Source of the DNA: Eledone cirrhosa
Taxonomy: Eukaryota
Length of the DNA: 64,000 nt
NCBI GenBank assembly: GCA_964016885.1
Contig: OZ024743.1
Location: 191,456,001 to 191,520,000, forward strand
Direction: 5' to 3'
In this document: piece by piece, positions 53,668 to 64,000 of the stretch
Layout of the letters: each line of letters begins with the position of its first letter
How positions within the stretch are numbered: position 1 is the first letter of the stretch
The notes under the pieces: generated by a model
Seen by the model: the letters and a program-made list of their open reading frames with translations, nothing else
Database searches by the model: none
What the model was told of the DNA's origin: nothing
Position numbers and translations under genes: made by a program

Positions 53668-53888
53668 CAGCGTCGTGGGTTGGTAGAATCGTTAGAGCGT
53701 CAGACAGAATGATTTTCAGTATTAAATTACGTATCTTTACGATTAGAGTTCAAAGACAACCGCGGCCAACATCGCTTTTCATCCTTCTGGAGTCGATAAA
53801 ATAAAGTACAAGTCAAGTACTGGGATCCATATAATCGACTTTCCCTCTCCCTTCAAATTGTTGGCTTTTGGTAATATTAGAAACCATC
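53668..53888 (+). mobile_element. Diverged main-family-related SINE
   Basis: ggtagaatcgttagagcgtc, gagttcaaag, cttttcatccttctggagtcgataaaa. Confidence 0.8.
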
Positions 53889-54605
53889 TGTGAACTGTAC
53901 TTTCTTTACGGCAATATTCAACTTGAGTTGAAGAGGTGAAATAGTGTCTACTTAAATTTACTTGGCAACGAGTTCAGTGCCTGAATTCGTATACAGTTCC
54001 ATGTCAAAAACATTGCTTCATTTTAGTCATGGAATAGTCATCGTCGAAACCGACGCAGGATATTTTGTTTTTGTTGTTTATTTTAAATCTGTGTATGCAT
54101 ATAATAACAACATTCCCACTTTTCTGTGAACGCTGTTTTCGTGTCTTCTTATTCCATTTTAATGAGACTATAGTCACGATTCGGAATTCACTTGTCTTGT
54201 CTATTATATATTTTACGCGTTAATGATATTTTGCGCGTTAATGATATTTTGCGTCGATGATATAAGTAAAGACAGTTGCATAATAAATTGCTTTGTTTTT
54301 GTTTTGTATTGTTTTGTGTTTCTTTTTGCTTTTTTTTTGTTTGCTTTTTACTAATGTAGTTTCATCTTTGTATGTCTGCATGTGTTCTGATATGGGGGAT
54401 TTAAGAATGTGTGTGTACGTGTGTATGAGTGCATGTATGTATGTGTGTCTGTGTGTGTGGGGAGGGGGGTATGTATGTATGTGTGTGTGGGGGGTGTATT
54501 TCTTTAAGAGAGACAGAATGAGAGAAAGTAAACAAGAAAGTAAGAGAAACATTTTTAGGTAAGTCTTTCTCTTGATACATTTTTGTTTGCTTTATCCTTT
54601 TGTTT

Positions 54606-54642
<37 letters not shown>

Positions 54643-54815
54643 TATATATATATATATGTATGATGGAAGGTATAAACCCTAATGCGACGCCTAGTGGTTT
54701 CGGTTTGCATTCGGCAAGCCTTTCCAGAGGTGTACAGACTCGGCACCACAGACTTTATATATATGTGCCCCAGCATGGCCTCAACCGGAAAAAGAATATA
54801 TACCTGTGTGTGTGC

Positions 54816-54903
<88 letters not shown>

Positions 54904-54965
54904 CAAATAGTTTTATCCCCCGTACATGGCTAAATACAATAAATGTAATCTGATTGTTTCGAATA

Positions 54966-55065
54966 TTAATAATTGTTTCTACTTTTTGGCACAAAGCCAG
55001 CAATTACGCAATGCGTTACTGGTACTTTATTTTATCGACCCCGTAAGGATGAAAGACAAAGTTAG
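54966..55065 (-). mobile_element. SINE 3' fragment
   Basis: Core and tail match. Confidence 0.82.
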
Positions 55066-55373
55066 TTAGATTCGTTTGCAATCATGCAAGCAGCCTCTTT
55101 AAGCCATGTCAGTAGATGACCTTATCATTCTTGCTCTTGTGTTGGCATATAAATATATATATATATATATATAAATATATATGCACCCACCTTTTAATAA
55201 CTATTATTCCATTTTACAATCAATATTGAGTACATTAGATGTAGGCATCATTTGACCAATGTTATAAGAGTGACATTTGGTAGACGGTTCCACAAAAGAG
55301 ATTGACAATATCAGTAAAGGTCCTTAAAAAGAAAAGTATTACTCGGGGCGAGTAAGATATGCGTATGGGGGAG

Positions 55374-55436
<63 letters not shown>

Positions 55437-55744
55437 CGCGCGCGTGCGTGTGTATACAAACACTCACAAACTTCACCTTCAAATTCGCCATTACCAACGT
55501 CGATTTAGTCATCATCAGTCATAATTTCGTCATCACCAACTTTCTCGTCAATGAAATATGGAATTTTTTTTTTATTATTATGAAAAGTGAGACCTTGACA
55601 TTAGTTATTGCTTCTTACATATTTGTAAAAGAATATAAATATGTTTAAGTTTTTCAAAGGTTTACAAACTTTGTATAAATAAATTGTTTCGCCCTACATT
55701 ACCGTAAATATACATACATTTAAAACTACACGTTATACTGTATA

Positions 55745-55962
55745 CAACACTACAAAGACAAAAACAAATACCATCATATAATACAAAACATACACATCCG
55801 CATATACAATAACATCCATACCTGCAGACACATGCAGACATGCAGACATATCTACCTAGGTGATGTTGTGTAAATTCCAATGAGAGAGTCTTGTGTCTAT
55901 GTTAGAAACCGACTCTCTCTCTCTCTAGTGGTAAAATTTATAAAATTATAAAACCAGAAGAA
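55745..55962 (+). mobile_element. Dong-alpha 3' UTR fragment
   Basis: Matches 42530-42729. Followed by CATA repeats. Confidence 0.85.
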
Positions 55963-56098
55963 CATACAAACATACAAAATACATACATACACACTCATAC
56001 ATGTATGCATGCATAAATACATACATACATACATACATACATACATACATACATACATACATACATACATACATACATACATACATACATACATACAT

Positions 56099-56531
56099 GG
56101 TGGCTGCCAACTCGTTTTCGAGTACGGCCACTACTTTATATCCATGTAGGAGAACCCCTACCGATGCGCTGAACGACTGTGACTTTTTAGTCCAGCCAGG
56201 GACTTGAAAACTCTGGTACAAACACTACACTTGTGACAATTATTGACACATAGTGCTGGGCCCATGGTACCATGTGACGACAAGTGCAGAGAGATCTCCA
56301 GATATAAAGCAATGCCTGTGCCGTGAAGCTTTTATAGTGAGCAAAGGCACTGCACAAAGCCAGTCCCACTCTCTTAACCAAGATGATATTTACCAAAAAG
56401 AAGAACAAGTCAACATCATTGGATACCATCAGGGTTGCAGGTGTTATATCAGAGTTTTCCTTCTCCTAGAATTCTGCCTTGACAAAGGCTAAGGGGTCAT
56501 CTCTCCCATACAAAGGCTAAGGGGTCATCTC
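56099..56531 (-). mobile_element. 5'-truncated type B RTE-derived element with a 21-bp duplication at its truncation point
   Basis: Aligns with 29151-29560. caaaggctaaggggtcatctc occurs twice. Confidence 0.88.
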
Positions 56532-56564
56532 ATACATACATACATACATACATACATACATACA

Positions 56565-56594
<30 letters not shown>

Positions 56595-56595
<1 letters not shown>

Positions 56596-56963
56596 TCAGC
56601 TGCCCACTTGATGTCAACGTTAAAAGAAAAATACAGAACATCGTCGGACCATTGATGAGGAGTTTACAGATCCGGTATCCAAGATACATCTTCAGCTCCA
56701 TACCCATTATTATTGGAGCTACAGGTTATATACCAACCCGCTTGGACCAAAGTATAACTGAACTTGGATTTGTGAGCAAAGAGCGCACCTCCCAAATTAA
56801 AAGAGTACAAATTCATAGAGTACAAATGGCCACAATATCTGTCACCTTCAAAATTTGCAAAACATTCTTGCGATTCAAGGAATGACAATTTCTTTTCTTT
56901 TACAACCTTGCCACCAGGAAGGTGGCCGGTCAAAAATGTACTCGAAATTAAGAGAAAGAGAAA
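56595..56963 (+). mobile_element. Dong-beta 3' fragment
   Basis: Matches 2036-2400. Preceded by (CATA)n. Confidence 0.88.
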
Positions 56964-57169
56964 TATATTTACAATTTCTACCTAATACATTGATATGGGT
57001 TGATGTAAATAATAGGTAAATTGGTTCATATGTAATTATAAATATAGGGTTAACGGAACACTCACGTACGTTTTCTTCAACATGTTTTTTTCCATTTCTT
57101 CCTCATGTTACTTTCTATTTAACTAGTTAACTCCTTTAACTTTCTATTTGTTTTTTTCATTTCTTATTC

Positions 57170-57290
57170 TATGTTCTGATGAAAGACTAGCATCCGAAAC
57201 ATTAATACATTTTTCCCTTATATCAAACATTAAACTAATATATATCTTCATTGTACTGTATCTATAGCTGTGTTTCTTCAATTTACTTTT
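57170..57290 (+). mobile_element. Degenerate Penelope-type terminal repeat with hammerhead-like motif (family D)
   Basis: ctgatgaaagactagcatccgaaacatta. Homolog of 6495-6615. Confidence 0.55.
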
Positions 57291-58246
57291 CACATACAAA
57301 CAAACATACACACGCACAGTCAACTCAAATTTGGGAAAATGAGAACATCTATATTATCAGTGTGACCTATTCGTGTATTACCAGCTGTTTCGTAGATTTT
57401 ACTACGTCTAAACTCTCTCAGATGCTTTTAGATGCATATTTGAAACAACCGAAGTAGTTAAACATGTGTATGTCAATGAAACACCTGGCAATGAATAACT
57501 GATCAAAAGAGGCCTCACACTGGGATCAATCCAAAAGCATATAGTTTAGAAGTGGATTTCTCATTCATACTATCACGCTTGCGACTGCTCTTGTAATACT
57601 TTTAAGTGATTTCATTTTCTTTTCTGTGTTCAAGTACTTTTATTAGCTTTTTTAATACGCCCTGTTTTTTTAGTCTTTTAACGCTAAAACATCTGTATTT
57701 CTTTCATGAGGATGGCGTCGCTAAATGGTGTAATTTATAAAGAATATTATTACTAAGAATTCCATCAGTAAAAAGGCACCGACTATTTTAGGGGTATTTT
57801 AAGGATTAAATCTTAAAATTTAGTGTAACAAAACTAAATACTGATATTGTTCTACTGTAGATAAAGGTTCATATCTCGATTAGATCTTCTGATAACTAAT
57901 ATATGTAATTTAACACTATGTCCTTATCATCAACTACTGTTATTATAATCCTGCAATATACATTAATGAGTTGGCTAGTTATAAGTAATTATGAATCACT
58001 ACCTCCTTACGGACAACTGACGCTGTACACTAAGTCCGACCACAGAAGAGCCAAACACCCACTGTCATCGCCTCCATCTCCCTCGCCCAAACCCATCTCA
58101 TTCTATTATGAGCAAATGGAGTCCCATGTGCTGGCCGCCCCACAGCCCCAGCAGACAGAATGGAGAAGGCGTTTCCCCGGAGGATGGTAAGAGAGATACA
58201 CCGTGTTCTCTAAAACAAATTTCGATTACAAGTTGCGGCAGTGTAT

Positions 58247-58595
58247 CATAATAATTGTTTCTACTATTGGCACAGGGCCAGCAATTACCCAGTGCACTAC
58301 TGGTACTTTATTTTATTGACCCCGTAAGGATGAAAGGCAAAGTTACTCTCGGCGGGATTTGAACTCAGATAATAAAGGCGCGTAACTCTATGCTGCAAAA
58401 CATGGCGTCCGACACTCTACCGATACTGCCACCAATCCACATAATAATTGTTTCTACTTTTTTCACAAGGCCAGCAATTACCCAGTGCATTACTGGTACT
58501 TTATTTTATCGACCCCGTAAGTATGAAAGCCAAAGTCAACCTCGGCGGGATTTGAACTCAGATCGTTAAGGGACGTAACTATCCACATAATAATG
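58247..58595 (-). mobile_element. Tandem pair of main-family SINEs
   Basis: Two consecutive near-consensus copies. Confidence 0.9.
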
Positions 58596-60469
58596 ATTGA
58601 GCAGAGGAAATCTGTAAATTCTTTCTCTATATTCCTTTTAATCGTTACATCTAGCTGTCATAATTATTACAATCATTATAAAAGTGATAAGTTTTCATTT
58701 GAAAATGAGTGGTGAAAACTTTGTATTGCCAAACAAAACTTGATCTATTATTAATAGTATGTTCCAATAAACCAAACCTCCACTGGAGATTTGCCGGATT
58801 CACACAATTCGTTTTACTCATGTCCAAGAACGTGATAATGTCGTTTGTGAAAATCGTGACATTTTTCAGGTCTCCACTGTCAATTGTCTCAGCAAAACAA
58901 TTATAAAACAGTTATTTTGTTTTATATCGTCTATTTTTCTAGAAATAAAAATCTTGTAATTCTGTGAGAAACAATATATTGATTTATTAGTCTTGTCTAT
59001 CCATCTTTTGCGCATCGAACGTTTAGTTTCGAAACAGTGCAGACTAAATAACTTTCTCATGCAAAAACTTATTTCGTTTCGCTGTAAAGAAATCTGGAGT
59101 TAAAAGCCAAACTTAACGAGGGAATGTATGGGATAACTTAATTCCTTAAGTGGACTTCAAATAGAAAGTAGAACGAGTAAACAAATATATGAATTGACGC
59201 AGCAATCCTATTTACTTGTTCAGCCCCAATTTCATATATTGCTATGAGAAATATTATTTAATCCTATTAAATATTCTAGGTGACCAATGAGGTAGGAAAA
59301 ATTAGCCAAGTTGCGGACAATGTGCAACCATGTGAGTATGTATGTGTTTATACATGTGAGTATGTATGTGTTTATTTATAACTGGTATGAATCAATGTTT
59401 TGAATTGTATCATTCTGTATTAAATACATTACTTAACTTAGCCAGTCGATAAAAATGAGATCGATAAAATATTACCAGATTGAAATGATGACTTGAGTTG
59501 ATATGATCGACTAAACGATTGAAGGTAGTGATCCAGCATAGCTGCAGTCCAATGACGGAAATCTGAAAAATAATAAAACAATAAATGAAATAGAAAAAAT
59601 AGACTTATGATAAATTTCAGTAAATTGGATTATGGGGTGTTTTTTTTTTATCATCCAACTTATAATGTCCTAAAAAATTGTGAGAGGAAATGTAGGTTAC
59701 AACAGAAAAAGAAAATATTTACACTACATTATGTAGAGCATAATTATATTTTTTCAATTGATGCCTTCTTCCAGGTATTTTAAGTTTCACAAATACTCGA
59801 TTTATCAGGCAGCTATGCTGGACTAAAATGAAGGATAAACGATAATTTAATTCAAGATAACACCAAGACCCTCAGTATATGGTTGCCAGAGACTATGCAT
59901 GTCACACGAAAAATTAAATTCATTTTCAATTATAAGTTTGATACTTCCCAAAGAACATAGTTTTCACTTGTTTGTTATAAATAATATATATTTTCCCACA
60001 GATTTTAGAGCCCTATAAATGAGCTGAAATCACAAAGCTGAAACGTGAGAGAAATATGATGCCTTCACTGAGAAAATACAATGATACCGGGGAAAAAGCG
60101 TCTAATAGAGAAAAGTGAAGGCAGATACAATGTAAAGTATACATGTTTGGAAAAGTCACTAACAACGTGCTCACAGATCCTACAGTAAAAATTGAAAACT
60201 GGATCAAGTACAGTCCTCTCTCCTTAATAAAGCTATATACCATTCAATGGTGGATTAGTGTCCGAAATGGACATAAAATTATTATGTAGTGTGTGGTAAC
60301 CAATGAATTAAAGAAATCCTGGTGCTGTCGTTAATTAGAACTTGTTTGGCGTTATAGTCCAGTGTGGCCGTATGATAGATCGAACATTTGTGAAATTTAA
60401 AGATTTTAACAGTAACGGCAGCTGATATAATTCCAATAACTGAATTATATAATATACACGCGCACGCGC

Positions 60470-60504
<35 letters not shown>

Positions 60505-61121
60505 GGTGGGTGTGTGTGTGTGTGTGTGTGTGTGTATTGTTTACTAAAATACGAATAATTACATTATTTCGTCACCGGTAATATCATGTGTTCGAACTGA
60601 TGGTATCAAAGGCTGACGATGATGTTGTTCAAATTAATCGAAGACAACTTCCGGCTGCTAAATTAAAAAACAACCTTAGATTAGAAGAGGAACAATCTTT
60701 AATTGATTACTTCAATGCTTAATTCGGTGAGAGGAGATTATTAATGAAAACTGATAAGAGAAAATGAGCAGCAAGCAAAGACGAAAGACACAGAAAGAAA
60801 AAGCGAGTGAGAAGGAGGTAGACGGAGAGCAAACATGATGAAGAGAAAAGAACACAAATATATTAAAGAAACATTCACATTCACACATGCGAACACTCAC
60901 ATACATACAAGCACACTGACACACACATGCACATACACCTACACGCATACTCATACCTGCATATATATATGTGCGTGTGTGTGTGTGTATATACATAGGC
61001 ATATATATATATATATATATAAAAATATATATATATATATATATTTTATATGAATACGTACGTTTGTGTGTGTGTATGTATGTATGCATGTATGTATATA
61101 TGTATATTTACATGTATGTAT

Positions 61122-61311
61122 GTCGAGTCACTCTTGAGTGTTACTGGTAACATGTAACCCAGTACAATCTGTCGCATGGTCGGATGGTCGGCGACAAAAC
61201 CAGCAACCTCACCAAGTTTACTTGGTGAGGGGGGGGTTGGACATCCTGTAAGACAAAAAAAAACAAATCCTGACAAACGGCGGAAGAACTCATGAGTCAA
61301 CAGCCATCCAA

Positions 61312-61349
<38 letters not shown>

Positions 61350-61730
61350 ATACGCACGGGGACATAGAAATAATTGGGCTGGATACCCGACCGCGCGGTA
61401 AACCACTGGGAGAGAAGGACCCCTAGGCTTTGTCAGGGCATTCTTCTGGGAGAAGGCAACTCAGGAAACTGGGATAACTCCAACATAAAACCCGCGGCTC
61501 AGTAGTTACCGATGATGTTGGTCTTTTCTTCTTCTCGGGTTACCGCTACTGTCGCTCAGAGATTGGGATTGGCTCAGTGCACACTTTGAAAAAAAATCTC
61601 CACGCACAGACATTGCACGATAGCATTAATTGATAATTATTAATAATGTTATATCGTGCAATGGCCATATCGATAACGAGGGGGCAGCCATCATGTATGT
61701 ATGTATGTATGTATGTAAGTATGTATGCAT
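61122..61730 (+). mobile_element. Full-length non-autonomous RTE-related element (type C) with internal (TG)n and (ATGT)n tail
   Basis: Head, middle and 3' end are homologous to type B. No ORF remnant. Flanked by ATGT repeats. Confidence 0.85.
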
Positions 61731-62050
61731 GTTTCTTTGGAATAGAGACTTCTGGCGGTGCCGTAGGAAAGCTGTAGTAAAATGCAGCATTTCTTTAAAT
61801 ATGGCGGAGCCAATCCCCACTCCAGATTACATCGTAGCCGAATCCTTCCAGAGAAGGAGAGAGACTGTGTGTATGTGCTATGGAAAATAAAGGAGAAAGA
61901 GATATAGACGGATTATTAATCTGCCCCAGTACTGGACTGGTACTTCTTCTTTGACCTAGGCCTGATTTGAACTTAGAGCGCAAGATGTCGAAACGAATAC
62001 TGCAAAGCAATCTCTCCAACTTACTAACAGCTCTGCCATTTCCCACCAAA

Positions 62051-62192
62051 TACAAGGGCTGGTTGAAACGTTTATAGGCTGGTGTATTATTACTTTCCAG
62101 GGCCTATGTTGAAAAATAAATCTCATTGGGTCGTTCCATGAGAGTATCTTGGTTAGCCTATGAACTTTTCGGCCTACATTTTAGCCGACATT
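62051..62192. mobile_element. Mariner-type MITE remnant
   Basis: Imperfect inverted ends: ggttgaaacgtttataggctg and tagcctatgaacttttcggcc. Confidence 0.45.
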
Positions 62193-63519
62193 CATATCTG
62201 TGTGTGTGTGTGGGGGGGGGGGGGGGGGGGGGTTATAACAAAACTATAGGTTTTTGTAAATGATTGCATATGATTTTATCTTAGTAACAGTAACATATTC
62301 ATGAACAATTTATATGTCTTGTCATTTTAAGATCTTGCAATTGCGGTTAGAGTTTGCCTATTAAGTTGTTTTATGACTGAAACATGTTTGTAATAATCCC
62401 CGTACTAATACGCAAGCCAACCCTACAATTTTAACCATAATTATTTGTTCTCAACGCTAAAGATATAGTTTTATTTAATTTCAGTTTCATAGTTTATTAC
62501 ATAGAACCCGCTTTATTTTGTTGTTGTAGCGTTTCTGGGTATATTTGTATAGTCATTTCATGGGTGGATGCATGTGTGCTATTCCCTAGTTCTATCTCCC
62601 TGTATTATTCTCTGTATCACTAATTCTTCTCAATGCGTTCCTGTTTCTTACAACATTTTGTACGTGAAATATAATCGTACATAGTTCGCTTTCTGTTCCT
62701 CTTAGACATAAAGAGAAAGCGTGTATAAGTGATATATGGTCATTTATTCATTAGTCACTCTGTCCGTTGGTTCTTCTTACTTTATCTAGATTTATATCTA
62801 TATCTCTTGCCTTCTCTCTTTCTCTCTAGTAGTTACCTCTTCTCTCTCTCTACCTCTCTATCTTTCAGTCCCTCTCATTCTCTTTCTTCCCGATTCATAT
62901 CTTAGTGTTAAAAGTACTTAACTCTTTACCTCAATAGCTCTTCGTAAAACTTTTCAAATTGCAAAGCTCTGCTTCAACGCATTTAATATACTTATACCAG
63001 ATATGTCAGACGAGGAAAATGGGTGCTATTGCTTGCAATCATTTCAGCTAGAGATGGTCATTAAAAGAAATTGAATGATCTACAACTTTACTTGATTGTT
63101 CTAGAGTGCTGTTGTTTTCAATAGTTTAAATGCTACTCGGTTTCCTTTCTATATCATGTAGTAAAGTAGGACGTGCTAAATGGAAAATAATTAGTGGAAT
63201 TAAGATGCTGGAAACCCTTCGGACACATCAAGCAGCTTTAATGATATTTCGATTCGATATCAACAATGGTGAAGCATCAAGCAGTAACTTGAGAAAATAT
63301 GCATTGTTAAAATCTATAAAACTTTCTTTTAAAATGTTATTAGTACTTTCGTCTTATATGTTTATACGTGAACACAATAACACACGCGCACACACAAACA
63401 CACCGATACACACATCGATACACACACAGACACAGAGACATCCACATACACACGCAAACACATACACATATACACATAAAAGCACTCGTACACACACATG
63501 CCTACATGACTTATGTATG

Positions 63520-63882
<363 letters not shown>

Positions 63883-64000
63883 AAGGTACTACTATATGCT
63901 GGCGTATGTATCTGCTCACGCAAGCATAGACCACTATGGTATCATTTCCATACATTGTAAATCTATACATCAAAGACTTCCGTTTGGTTAATGAACATGA

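Overview
This is eukaryotic, AT-rich, microsatellite-dense DNA made almost entirely of transposable elements. The SINE and LINE families suggest a coleoid cephalopod such as Octopus (inference). No host gene can be called with confidence. Contents: (1) two subfamilies of R4/Dong-type RLE retrotransposons, nearly always abutting (CATA)n arrays; (2) an RTE/BovB-type APE-RT ORF with three C-terminal C2H2 fingers; (3) a Tx1-type L1-clade element inserted in (TAA)n; (4) Penelope-like GIY-YIG elements with inverted or direct terminal repeats; (5) an internally deleted mariner; (6) many tRNA-derived SINEs. Three observations stand out. First, a family of non-coding RTE-derived elements has 5' and 3' parts joined by a covarying, strand-specific stem that closes a loop of about 30 nt, about 160 nt, or about 9.5 kb, the last containing the RTE ORF itself. 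Second, a non-coding 422-bp unit carrying a type I hammerhead ribozyme occurs in tandem and inverted arrays (retrozyme-like), alongside at least three other hammerhead families. Third, several retroelement lineages pile up in opposite orientations at the same (CATA)n/(ATGT)n microsatellite. Coordinates were read by eye and element boundaries are approximate.
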